From positions 1,024,001-1,088,000 of the forward strand of contig CBDDIJ010000003.1 of the NCBI GenBank assembly GCA_965228855.1: a DNA stretch of 64,000 nucleotides. Reading direction: 5' to 3'. The position numbers and the translations under genes were made by a program. Positions 29,204 to 38,795 of the stretch are shown in pieces. How positions within the stretch are numbered: the first letter of the stretch is position 1; every line of letters begins with the position of its first letter. This DNA is from Candidatus Obscuribacterales bacterium (GTDB lineage: Bacteria > Cyanobacteriota > Vampirovibrionia > Obscuribacterales > Obscuribacteraceae). A model generated the notes under the pieces. That model searched no databases. It was given only the letters and a program-made list of their open reading frames with translations, and had not been told where the DNA came from.

Positions 29204-30997
29204 ATGAAATCAACGACCTTGAGTCGGGTCCTTTGCAGTCTTATCGTTCTGTTGTCAGGAATCTCTCTCCCCTCACAGGGTGCAACCTCTGAGTCCGGTC
29301 AGAAATCCGAGTCCAGCCAAAAAACTGACGGTCAGAAAAACGAATCCGCTCAGAAGGTTGTGCTTGACTCCATGCACAAAGAATTGGATCGCTCTTTTGA
29401 GAAGCTCAAGAAAGCTGGTGATGCGCCGGTTTACTATCTCGGCTACCGGCTCTATGACGTCGATTCGCTCTATATATCAGGCGAGTATGGTGCGCTCACT
29501 CGCAACGTCGTGCCTGACCATGACCGCATCTTGAACGTTGATCTTCGGGTCGGATCTCCGAAAATCGATAATACGCACCGGTCCCGTGATTCGGACGCAT
29601 TCAGTGTCGTGAGAAGTTCAGCCGGCTCGTCGCGACTGTTTGTTCCACTCGAGAATAACGAACTTGCCCTTCGTCAGGCAATCTGGTTAGAAACCGACGA
29701 CGCTTTCAAACAAGCTCAACAACAGTTTGCTCGCGTTCAAGCCGGGAAGGAAGTCAACGTTACTGAAGAGGATAGCTCGGACGATTTTTCCACGGAGGCT
29801 GCGCAAAAATTCACGGTTGAACCCAAAGCTTTCGATGTCGATCAAGAGAAGTGGAAGGTTATTGTCAAGCGGCTGTCCGCGATCTATAAAAATTACCCTG
29901 AGATTTACGATTCGTCAGTCATCTTCACTGCAAAACTGACCAAGCGCTACCTGGTCAATAACGAAGGTTCGGAGATTGCTGATTCACGAACAGACTATCG
30001 CCTTTACACAATGGCTCAGGCCAGGGCAGAGGACGGTATGGACATGTGGCTATATGATGATGTGGCTGCAGTCAAACTGGATGAGATGCCTTCAGAAGAA
30101 GAGCTCACAAAGCTCATCAACGGCGTCGCGGATAATCTGGTGAAGCTAAGCAAGGCGCCTAAGGCCGATCCCTATGTCGGTCCTGCCATCCTGCGCAGCA
30201 AAGCTGCCGGAGTGTTCTTCCACGAAGTTTTCGGTCACCGAATGGAAGGTCACAGGCAAAAGGATGAGAAAGAGGGCCGCACATTCACAAAACAAATGAA
30301 TCACGAGGTTATGCCGGAGTTCATTAGCGTTCTCGACGATCCGACGCTGAAAACGCTCGGCAATATACACCTTAATGGCTTCTACGAATACGATGACGAA
30401 GGTGTTCCAGCCCAGAAAGTCACGCTCGTCGATAAGGGCGTGCTCAAATCATTTTTGATGTCACGCTCGCCGGTCGAAGGTTTCCCAAAATCAAACGGCC
30501 ACGGACGTTGCGATCCGAAATACAATCCGGTCGCTCGCATGGGCAATTTGATGGTTAAGTCCGAGAAAACCGTTCCATATGAAGACCTCCGCCAGATGCT
30601 CATTGACGAGTTGAAAAAACAGAAAAAGAGTTACGGACTGGTGTTTGATGATATCGCCGGTGGTTTCACGACAACGTCCACTCGAGCAGGTCAGATGTAT
30701 AGCTTGCAGCCACTGATTGTGACCAAAGTATTTGCGGATGGCAGACCGGATCAGCTTGTGCGCGGGGTTAAAATTGTGGGGACGCCACTCACTGCTCTCG
30801 AGAAAATAATTTGCGCTGCCGACGATGATGGAACGTTTAACGGCATCTGCGGCGCTGAATCGGGCAGCGTTCCAGTTTCAGCCTCTTCGCCCAGCCTTCT
30901 GGTCGGTGCGATTGAAGTTGAACTGAAAGAGAAACGCGCGGACAAGCCCCCAATTCTTCCTCCTCCGTTGCTGGACAAGTCGGAGGACAAGAAGTGA
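29204..30997 (+). CDS. tldD: TldD-family metalloprotease with signal peptide
   Basis: FFHEVFGHRMEG (HExxxH), DDPT, YDDEGVPA, SNGHGR, RMGNL, CGAESGSVPV; N-terminal signal peptide. Confidence 0.88.
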   Translation: MKSTTLSRVLCSLIVLLSGISLPSQGATSESGQKSESSQKTDGQKNESAQKVVLDSMHKELDRSFEKLKKAGDAPVYYLGYRLYDVDSLYISGEYGALTRNVVPDHDRILNVDLRVGSPKIDNTHRSRDSDAFSVVRSSAGSSRLFVPLENNELALRQAIWLETDDAFKQAQQQFARVQAGKEVNVTEEDSSDDFSTEAAQKFTVEPKAFDVDQEKWKVIVKRLSAIYKNYPEIYDSSVIFTAKLTKRYLVNNEGSEIADSRTDYRLYTMAQARAEDGMDMWLYDDVAAVKLDEMPSEEELTKLINGVADNLVKLSKAPKADPYVGPAILRSKAAGVFFHEVFGHRMEGHRQKDEKEGRTFTKQMNHEVMPEFISVLDDPTLKTLGNIHLNGFYEYDDEGVPAQKVTLVDKGVLKSFLMSRSPVEGFPKSNGHGRCDPKYNPVARMGNLMVKSEKTVPYEDLRQMLIDELKKQKKSYGLVFDDIAGGFTTTSTRAGQMYSLQPLIVTKVFADGRPDQLVRGVKIVGTPLTALEKIICAADDDGTFNGICGAESGSVPVSASSPSLLVGAIEVELKEKRADKPPILPPPLLDKSEDKK

Positions 30998-32946
30998 TGC
31001 TTAAATTCAAACTGTTGATGAGCGATAAAAAGTTTCAATTAAATTCCAAGGAGACAGGCTTGTCTGAACTTACTTCGAAACCTAAGAGCGCATTGAAGTC
31101 TTCTTTTGCATTTATGCTCGTCGCCGCAGTGGCGTTCTCCACCTGCGTCACGCCAGCGTTAGCAAAGGATAAGAAGAAGAAAGATGCGGCCGAGTCTGCC
31201 ATCGCCCGTGATACCGTCGATAACAAGCCGAAAGTATTAAAAGAGGAAAACGGCAAAATATATCTGTCGAAGAATGAAAACGACGTTCTCTTCGACGCGC
31301 TTACGGACGAGATGAAGCGCTCGGCTGAGAGGTTGAAACTGGGTACGCATGGACTGCCGTACTTCGTTCAATACAAAGTTCTTGAAACCGAGATGCTCTA
31401 TTTGAGCGCCAGTTGCGGCGCACTGACTTCTGAGAACAACACCCACTACAGACGACTCTACACTGATATTCGGGTTGGCGACTACGACCTCGACAGCTCG
31501 AAAGATTCGGGCTCGATGAGTTCTCTGTTTGGACGCCTCTCAGGCAGCGGCAAAGAACTTCCGGTTGAAGACGATTATGAAGCATTGCGGCATGAAATCT
31601 GGCTCGCCAGTGATAGCAACTATAAAGACGCTATTGAGGGTTACGAAGATAAGAAGGCGCGCTTGAGAGCGAAACCGGAAACGGATCGCCTTGGTGATAT
31701 GACTAAGGAAACTCCTGTCGTTTTTATAAAACCCGCTCTAAAGCTCAAGGTCGACGAGGATAAGTGGAAGAAAGTCACCAAAGACCTGTCTTCGATTTTC
31801 TTGAAATATCCGGAAATTGATAATGCGGTAGTTCACTTCAGCTCTCAGGTTTCTAACGCCTGGCTCGTCAACAACGAAGGTTTCAAACATAGAGATGGGC
31901 ATGTACAGACGCTTTTGTCAGTGCTAGCGAAAATTCGGAGCAAAGACGGGCAGACTTATGCGGACGTTGAAATCGTAGCGGCTGAGAGACCCGAGGAGAT
32001 GCCTGATTATGCGGCTCTGGAAGCGCGTGTCGATAAGCTCATTAAGCGGTTGAAACGCACAGCAGAAGCGCCTCTCGTCACTAATTACACTGGACCGATG
32101 TTGTTTGAGCCCGAAGCCTCGTCGTCTCTTATGCACTCAGCTCTGACGAAACTGCTTGGTGGCGCACATGATGTCAGCGGCAGCAGCTGGGGCGGCGACC
32201 ATCCTCTCAAGAACAAGCTCGGCCAGCGAGTCGGCGCCCGGATTATTACCGTAGTTGACGATCCATATGCGACTGAGTTTAAAGGGAAGAAGCTGTTTGG
32301 AAACTATGAAGTTGATGACGACGGCGTACCCGCTGAGAAACTGACCCTGGTCGAAAAGGGCGTGTTAAAGACGCTCTGTGCCAGTCGCAAACCGACGCGC
32401 GGCGTGGCAAAGAGCAACGGGCACTCAGGCGATGGCACGGGCACCGTGAGTATTTTGTTCGTGTCGACGGAACCGTCGATGAACCCGAAACAGATGAAGA
32501 AGAAGCTCATCGAGCTTGGGAAGGAACAAGGGTATGACGATGTCTACATCGTTCGTTCCGTAGCTCGGCTGCCTACCTGGATGTTGAGCCTTGGTTCCAC
32601 TATCTCCAGTATCTTTTCCAGCTTCGGTGGCGGTTTATCCCTTTACCCAACCGAGATCTACCGCGTGTCGGTGAAAAATGGCAAAGAGGAGCTCGTTCGT
32701 GGAGCTACCGTTAGCGTGCAGCCTGCCGATGTTCTGCGCGAGCTGGTTGCAGGTGGTTCAGACGTGACAGCATCTCTAGTGGCTCAAGGACCGACGTCCG
32801 CCACAAGCATCGTCACTCCTTCCATCATTCTGCGTGACGTAGACATCAAGGAGCCGTCCAAAGCGTCTGAGAAATTGCCGGTCGTTCCCAGTCCGGTGAA
32901 GGAACAGCAGCAAGAAGTGAAGGAAGATGTCAAATCAGTGGAATAA
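30994..32946 (+). CDS. TldE/PmbA-like non-catalytic partner with signal peptide
   Basis: YTGPMLFEP, VVDDP, DDDGVPA, SNGH, ELVRG; no HExxxH; GTGA overlap with tldD; PALA-KD cleavage site. Confidence 0.85.
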   Translation: MMLKFKLLMSDKKFQLNSKETGLSELTSKPKSALKSSFAFMLVAAVAFSTCVTPALAKDKKKKDAAESAIARDTVDNKPKVLKEENGKIYLSKNENDVLFDALTDEMKRSAERLKLGTHGLPYFVQYKVLETEMLYLSASCGALTSENNTHYRRLYTDIRVGDYDLDSSKDSGSMSSLFGRLSGSGKELPVEDDYEALRHEIWLASDSNYKDAIEGYEDKKARLRAKPETDRLGDMTKETPVVFIKPALKLKVDEDKWKKVTKDLSSIFLKYPEIDNAVVHFSSQVSNAWLVNNEGFKHRDGHVQTLLSVLAKIRSKDGQTYADVEIVAAERPEEMPDYAALEARVDKLIKRLKRTAEAPLVTNYTGPMLFEPEASSSLMHSALTKLLGGAHDVSGSSWGGDHPLKNKLGQRVGARIITVVDDPYATEFKGKKLFGNYEVDDDGVPAEKLTLVEKGVLKTLCASRKPTRGVAKSNGHSGDGTGTVSILFVSTEPSMNPKQMKKKLIELGKEQGYDDVYIVRSVARLPTWMLSLGSTISSIFSSFGGGLSLYPTEIYRVSVKNGKEELVRGATVSVQPADVLRELVAGGSDVTASLVAQGPTSATSIVTPSIILRDVDIKEPSKASEKLPVVPSPVKEQQQEVKEDVKSVE

Positions 32947-33061
32947 CCATTGAAGGTTCAGCCCTCAGGCAGACACGCTGATAATCGGAGGATAACGTCG
33001 AACCGGTCGATATTAAGCCGTTTGCGGTTTTTTGACAGGTTCAATACTGTAAAATCGCGGT

Positions 33062-33817
33062 ATGGTAAGCGAAACGCCTGTTTCTTACATTCAGTGCCCC
33101 TCCTGTCTCAGACGCAATCACGCTGAGATGCACTTCTGCATCTATTGCGGTGCAGGCGTCACTCCAGAGGCTGAAAGAAAGCGGACCCAGAACCCTCTGA
33201 GCTGGAGGAGCTGCATCCGCTGTGGTCAGACTGATGAGCTAAACCAAAATTTCTGCATCTTCTGCAGCGGAAAGATTGTTGTGCCTGGGGAAGCTCCTGC
33301 GGACACGAATGCTTATCGCAAGTTTAGCTGGGAGTTGGAACAGATCGATGCCGCCAAGGTCATGGATCAGGCAGAGCCAAAGGTTTCCAGGCCATCTCCA
33401 GTCGCAAAGCTGAAACCCAGGCGCAAACAAAAGAACAGCAAGGCTGTTCTGCTCACGGTTTTGCTCGGTGCGATGGGCGTGATGACTGGAGCCGCATTCG
33501 CGTTCCTGGTCGGCCAGGCTGGGTTAGAGCGCATCGTACTACAGTCGACGTCATGGCAAAACAAGCATCTGGTCGTCTACACGAACGTTCCATACGCCAC
33601 GCTTATGATCGAAGACAGCAAAAAGCAAGTCTATACACTCACCCAGACTGGAGCCGACGGCGCCCTGACCATAGCGGAGATGCCGCCGGGGCAGTACACG
33701 CTGTACGTGGGAGCACAGGGCCACTCGGGTGTGAAAACATCTTTCCCGATTCAGGAGCACAGAACGACGGTTTTGGGTTTCCCCAGCCGGATCGATTTGC
33801 CCAAGAAAGCGCGATAA
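33062..33817 (+). CDS. Double zinc-ribbon + TM + PEGA/carboxypeptidase-regulatory-like domain protein
   Basis: CPSC..FCIYCG, CIRC..FCIFCS; one TM; VYTNVPYATL...PGQYTLYV.AQGH. Confidence 0.72.
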   Translation: MVSETPVSYIQCPSCLRRNHAEMHFCIYCGAGVTPEAERKRTQNPLSWRSCIRCGQTDELNQNFCIFCSGKIVVPGEAPADTNAYRKFSWELEQIDAAKVMDQAEPKVSRPSPVAKLKPRRKQKNSKAVLLTVLLGAMGVMTGAAFAFLVGQAGLERIVLQSTSWQNKHLVVYTNVPYATLMIEDSKKQVYTLTQTGADGALTIAEMPPGQYTLYVGAQGHSGVKTSFPIQEHRTTVLGFPSRIDLPKKAR

Positions 33818-33913
33818 ACTATCGATTGTGACAGCCGGCTTTCGTTCCGGTTGACGCAACATTGAAGTGGGAATACGGAATCTGTATACTTTTCGGGTAT
33901 TTGAGCGGGTGTT

Positions 33914-35335
33914 ATGACAGCAGGTGAAGCTACAAAGACATGCCCATCGTGCGGGAAACATTCTCCGCACGACGCACGCTTTTGCGGATTCGACGGCACA
34001 TTGCTGGACCAGCCGCAGAATACCCAGGGACCAGAAAAAGTATGCCCCAAGTGTCAGCGCGTCTACCCTCCGTATGCTGTTTTCTGCCCGATTGAAGGTT
34101 CTGCTCTCAATACGTCGACCGCAGCTCCGCAGGCTAATAAACCCCACATTCAGGTCGCGGCTGATGGGAAACCGTATTTGCAGTCCGCTCCTCTGGGCAA
34201 GGACAAGGACGTTGATTTCGACCGGCACGATACCGCCCTCATGGATGGTGTGGGCTTCGGACAGTCGCTGCACGACGGCGATGCCGCTATTAATCCCAAT
34301 TTGAATCCGCAAAACCCAAACGCCTCTCACGTCAATTTGCAGGCGCAAAATCCAAATGCCTCGCAATCGCAGTTGCCGGCTCAGCAACCACCGCAACAGC
34401 AGCAGCAACCTGCGCAGCCGCCTGCTGACCCCTACAACGAAGCGCTTGTCGCGACCGGTGGATACACAACCAGTCTTATCGGCAAAACGATCGACAACAA
34501 ATACCTCATCCAATCGATGCTTGGTGAGGGTGGTATGGCGGTTGTTTACAAAGCGCACCATACGATCATGGAACGCACCGTCGTTATCAAAGTTATGCAC
34601 GGTTGGTTGCTGTCCAATGAGAAGTCGATTGAGCGATTCCAGCGCGAATGCAAGGTTACAGCCAAACTCAGCCATCCCAATATTGTCACCGTATTTGATG
34701 TCGGAACCCTGGGCGGTAAGGCACCATATCTGGTGATGGAGTTCATCAAAGGAGAGGCTCTGGCTGACAAGATTCATCGCCAGGGCGCTTTGCCGTTTAC
34801 CACCACAGCGAACATCATTATTCAAATGTGCCGTGGTCTACAGGAAGCACATAACTTTGGTGTAATTCACCGCGACTTGAAGCCGGATAATGTTTTACTT
34901 CAAGACAAGTCGGACAGACCCGATTGGGTGAAGATCGTGGACTTCGGAATTTCCCACATCGTTCATGAAAGCGGAAAACGGCTCACCAAGACCGGCCGCA
35001 TGGTTGGAACTCCGGAATATATTGCGCCCGAGCAATTGAAGGACCGGCCGATGGACATTAGAACAGACCTCTACGCTCTAGGCATCATGATCTACGAGAT
35101 GCTGACCGGTCATGTACCGTTCGAAGGTGATAGCGCCGAGGCAATTCTGATGAAACATCTCATGGACGATCCTCCGCCTATGAGCAAGTATAAGCCGGAG
35201 TTCAAAGATGGGACGCCTTTCGATCACATAGTGATGAAGTTGTTGAATAAAGAACCCGATTTGCGTTATCAAACAGCTACGGAACTCCGGCTGGATGTCG
35301 AGCAAGCACAATCACAGATAATCTTTAAACGTTAG
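33914..35335 (+). CDS. Hanks-type Ser/Thr protein kinase with N-terminal zinc ribbons
   Basis: GEGGMAVVY, VVIK, HRDLKPDN, DFG, GTPEYIAPE, DLYALG; CPSC/CGFD and CPKC/CPIE ribbons; no TM. Confidence 0.95.
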   Translation: MTAGEATKTCPSCGKHSPHDARFCGFDGTLLDQPQNTQGPEKVCPKCQRVYPPYAVFCPIEGSALNTSTAAPQANKPHIQVAADGKPYLQSAPLGKDKDVDFDRHDTALMDGVGFGQSLHDGDAAINPNLNPQNPNASHVNLQAQNPNASQSQLPAQQPPQQQQQPAQPPADPYNEALVATGGYTTSLIGKTIDNKYLIQSMLGEGGMAVVYKAHHTIMERTVVIKVMHGWLLSNEKSIERFQRECKVTAKLSHPNIVTVFDVGTLGGKAPYLVMEFIKGEALADKIHRQGALPFTTTANIIIQMCRGLQEAHNFGVIHRDLKPDNVLLQDKSDRPDWVKIVDFGISHIVHESGKRLTKTGRMVGTPEYIAPEQLKDRPMDIRTDLYALGIMIYEMLTGHVPFEGDSAEAILMKHLMDDPPPMSKYKPEFKDGTPFDHIVMKLLNKEPDLRYQTATELRLDVEQAQSQIIFKR

Positions 35336-35483
35336 AAACTGTTTCTGCGAGCGGCGGAACGCTGTTTAGTTAAACAGTGGCACTGATCTTTCTATTTAAT
35401 AGATCGTACAATGTATGTCCTGTATGCGGTCACATCATTCGAGTGTGGCTGACAGCTGAGACGATGCAGATGAGGATATCGAC

Positions 35484-38400
35484 GTGATTGCCAATCGCAG
35501 TAATCGATTTTGGGCTTCTTCAGTGAGTTTGTCTCTGGCGGTGGTTCTCGCTTGCGGAATCGATGCGTCAGGTTTTGAACTTGGTCCAACGGTTTCTGAC
35601 ATCAGCAAGGTCTATAAAGCTCTTGATGCGGCTCGGAAAAAAGGCGATAAGGCCGAACAGGCCAATTTGTTGTATACCCTTGGTGATCTGGAATTACAAA
35701 AGGGCAACAGCGAAAAAGCAGAAGAGCTTCTGCGAGAGTCGCTGAAACTGGACGAGGAAGCCGGTACTGGAGTTACAAAAAACTCAGGCGGAAAATTTTC
35801 GCCGTCGGTTCACACTCGTATCGCGCTTGCGGCTGTGGCTATTAAACTCGGACGCGCTGAAGAGGCTCTCAAACTCTATGAAGAAGCCGCTGTCAATGCG
35901 GAAAAGCTAAATCTCGAAGAAGAGTCGATCACGATTAACAAGCAACTAGGAAGCGTTTATTTAAACGCGCGCGAGTTTGGCAAAGCCGAAGCCAGTCTCA
36001 ATAAAGCTAAGCTGGCAGCCGAAAAAGGCGGACACAAGGATATCCAAATGTCTGTGCTTTCAGAGCTTGCATCGCTTGCCCGTTATAAACGTAATTTCGA
36101 ACTGGCAATCGAATATTTGAAACAAGCAGTCGCACTGGTAGACGATCAAACTGATGAACTGGACGAAGGGCGTATCCTGACTGAACTTGGACGAACCTAC
36201 GCAGACATGGGCTTGAATGACAAGGCCGTCGAGTACTACGAAAAGTCTAGCAAGGTTTACTCCAGTGGCGGCGATCGAGTCGCTGAGGCGGAAGTTCTTA
36301 TCTCGATGGCCGAACTCGACCTTTCAAATCGTAAACCGGATGAAGCACTTGCGAGATTGAAAAACGCTTTGAGCTCTCTCGAAGGAGAAGATGCACCTAA
36401 AATTCTTGCTCGATGCTACACGCGTATCGGCTCTGCTCAAGCGGATACAGGCTTGATGGAAGAAGCTTTGAAGAGTCACAAGAGTGCTGAGAAGTTAGCT
36501 GCAAAATGTAAGAGTGAAGAGGAAGAGTGTCTGGCGATCACCGAGCAAGGCTACGATTATCTGCTGGAGGGTAAGTCGGAAAAGGCTCTGGGAGAGTTTC
36601 TCCGCGCGCAAAAGTATATTGAGAAGCATCCGAATCTCCGGCAATCTGAACGTGCCGATGTTCTCAAATACTGCGCCATGGGTTACAGAAACGTCGGTCA
36701 ACCGAAGACTGCTATTCGCTACTATTTGGAAGCGACGCAGTTGTACAAGAAAGCCGGCAAGTTCCTCGACGAAGCACTGGTGCTGGACTCTATTGCTGTT
36801 GCCTATCTTGACCAGGGGTCTTCTGCACTGTTTGAAAAATATCACGGACAGGCGAAAGAAGTTTTTCAAACTGCCGTTGGTAAATCGGCGAGCAACAGTG
36901 ATAAACGAGCGCAAGCAACCATGTCTTACAACTATGGACAGTACTGCGTCATGAAAAGCATGTATGCCGATGCAATCGAGGCTTATGAACAAGCGCTGAA
37001 CACATCTCAGTCGATCAGCGATACGCTAGGCCAGTGTCAAGCTCTTCGCGGGTTGGGCATGACCTATTTGCTTCTCGGTCAAAACCAGAAGTCGCGCGAG
37101 AAATTTGAAGCCGCTTCCACCATCGCCGATAAGGTTACGAATATTGAGAGCCAATGGGACTGTGCCGCTGGTCTAGGCAAGGTTTATATGAAACTAGGGG
37201 ACCAGCAAAATGCCGAAAAGATGCTACTGAAGGCGGTATCACTTGCTGATAAGGAAAGAAGAAATCTATCTCGTGATAGTTTTAAAACTGCGGCGCTCGA
37301 CTTGCGCGAAGATTGTTTTTTCGACCTTGTTGAATTGATGATCAACAACAAGCGTTACGACCAGGCACTTGAGTATGCTGAGAAAGGTCGAGCTCGTGCG
37401 TTTCTCGACATGCTCGAGGGGCGTAAGCAAACCAGCTACGGCCAGCGCAAGATTGCTTTGTCTGCTCCTGATTTGCTGGATGAAGCCGGACTGACTCCCC
37501 TTGCCGCGCCGGAAGAAAAGCCGGTACAAATTGCAATGGCTAATGTGCCAAGCGGAACTTTTCGTGGAGTGCAAGTCTCGCCGAAAAGCCCTACAACAGT
37601 GGTCGAAGCCACCGTGCTTTCCGCTGCTAACGCTAAGCCTCCGGACTTGCAAGAAATTAAATCGCTGATCAAGGGATGCAATACCTGGGTGGTTGAGTAT
37701 CTCGCGATGCCGGAAAAGGTAATTGTGTTCGTGGTGAAACCGGACGGCGAAATCGCTGATGTGAAGATAATCTCTGAGAAGATCGATACGGTTAAAAACC
37801 TGATTCGAGAGACCCATAAGACCATAACCACATCACCGAAAGGCATGGATGAAGTTCACGCCTTGAACAAAGCTCGCCAGGAAAATCTTCGGGCGTTGCA
37901 CAAAATGCTGGTTGAGCCGATCGAAGCTCTGCTGCCCAAGGACGAAAACCAGGTTGTTACGATCGTTCCACACGGCTCTCTGTTTAGTGTCCCGTTCGCT
38001 GCTCTGGTGAATGGAAACGGCAAATATATGATTGAGCAGCACACGCTTGCATACCTTCCGGCAATTGGCGTATTGCGCGCCACTCAGTCCGTTGAGAACC
38101 AGACGAAGGGCGAGAAAAATTCTCTGCTTGCGTTTGGTAATCCCATTACTGAAATGAATAAATTCCTTGGCAAATTGCCTTATGCAGAAAAAGAGGTCAA
38201 GAAAGTTTCTTCCTTGTTTGACCAAAGCAGCGTTGCAGTAGAGGTCGGTGGCGCGGCAACAAAGTCTAAATTCCGTGAATTGGCGCCGAAGTACAGTTAC
38301 ATACATCTGGCGACGCACGGATTGGTTAACCAGGATCAACCGATGGATTCTGCGGTGGTGCTGGCACCAGAAGCGGGCGATGATGGTTTACTTACAGTGA

Positions 38401-38774
38401 AAGACATTCTTCAGCTGCCACAGTTAAAAGCTAAAATGATCGTTCTTTCCGCGTGCCAAACCGGTCAAGGCAAAATCACCGGTGATGGTGTCGTCGGTTT
38501 ATCGCGAGCTTTTGTGATTGCAGGAACTCCGTCCGTTCTCGTGTCGCTCTGGAGCGTAGATGACGTGATGACCGAGTATCAGATGGAGTCGCTCTATTAC
38601 GAGCTTTTGAAAGGGGCCAACAAAGCTCAGTCGTTGCGTAAAGCTCAAATTAAAACGATAAACTTTCTGGAGAAAGGTTCCTCAGGGCGCGATTCCGATA
38701 AGCCAGTTAAACAGGAAGATCGCGCAAATCCTAGATACTGGGCGGCATTCCAAATGATCGGCGAATACAATTAG
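35484..38774 (+). CDS. TPR-repeat + CHAT (caspase-like) protease with N-terminal export signal
   Basis: Many TPRs; EKGRARAFLD, IVPHGSL, HLATHG (His), LSACQTG (Cys), VSLWSV, PRYWAAF. Confidence 0.93.
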   Translation: MIANRSNRFWASSVSLSLAVVLACGIDASGFELGPTVSDISKVYKALDAARKKGDKAEQANLLYTLGDLELQKGNSEKAEELLRESLKLDEEAGTGVTKNSGGKFSPSVHTRIALAAVAIKLGRAEEALKLYEEAAVNAEKLNLEEESITINKQLGSVYLNAREFGKAEASLNKAKLAAEKGGHKDIQMSVLSELASLARYKRNFELAIEYLKQAVALVDDQTDELDEGRILTELGRTYADMGLNDKAVEYYEKSSKVYSSGGDRVAEAEVLISMAELDLSNRKPDEALARLKNALSSLEGEDAPKILARCYTRIGSAQADTGLMEEALKSHKSAEKLAAKCKSEEEECLAITEQGYDYLLEGKSEKALGEFLRAQKYIEKHPNLRQSERADVLKYCAMGYRNVGQPKTAIRYYLEATQLYKKAGKFLDEALVLDSIAVAYLDQGSSALFEKYHGQAKEVFQTAVGKSASNSDKRAQATMSYNYGQYCVMKSMYADAIEAYEQALNTSQSISDTLGQCQALRGLGMTYLLLGQNQKSREKFEAASTIADKVTNIESQWDCAAGLGKVYMKLGDQQNAEKMLLKAVSLADKERRNLSRDSFKTAALDLREDCFFDLVELMINNKRYDQALEYAEKGRARAFLDMLEGRKQTSYGQRKIALSAPDLLDEAGLTPLAAPEEKPVQIAMANVPSGTFRGVQVSPKSPTTVVEATVLSAANAKPPDLQEIKSLIKGCNTWVVEYLAMPEKVIVFVVKPDGEIADVKIISEKIDTVKNLIRETHKTITTSPKGMDEVHALNKARQENLRALHKMLVEPIEALLPKDENQVVTIVPHGSLFSVPFAALVNGNGKYMIEQHTLAYLPAIGVLRATQSVENQTKGEKNSLLAFGNPITEMNKFLGKLPYAEKEVKKVSSLFDQSSVAVEVGGAATKSKFRELAPKYSYIHLATHGLVNQDQPMDSAVVLAPEAGDDGLLTVKDILQLPQLKAKMIVLSACQTGQGKITGDGVVGLSRAFVIAGTPSVLVSLWSVDDVMTEYQMESLYYELLKGANKAQSLRKAQIKTINFLEKGSSGRDSDKPVKQEDRANPRYWAAFQMIGEYN

Positions 38775-38795
38775 TTTGTTCTAGAGCGTTGAACG

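Noticed and set aside
28947..29207. 86-aa ORF upstream of tldD as a possible TldD/E substrate peptide
   Set aside because: No clear RBS or precursor-like composition; more likely promoter/leader sequence.
33551..34825. 424-aa minus-strand ORF
   Set aside because: Antisense shadow of the Ser/Thr kinase and the upstream gene; no motifs of its own.
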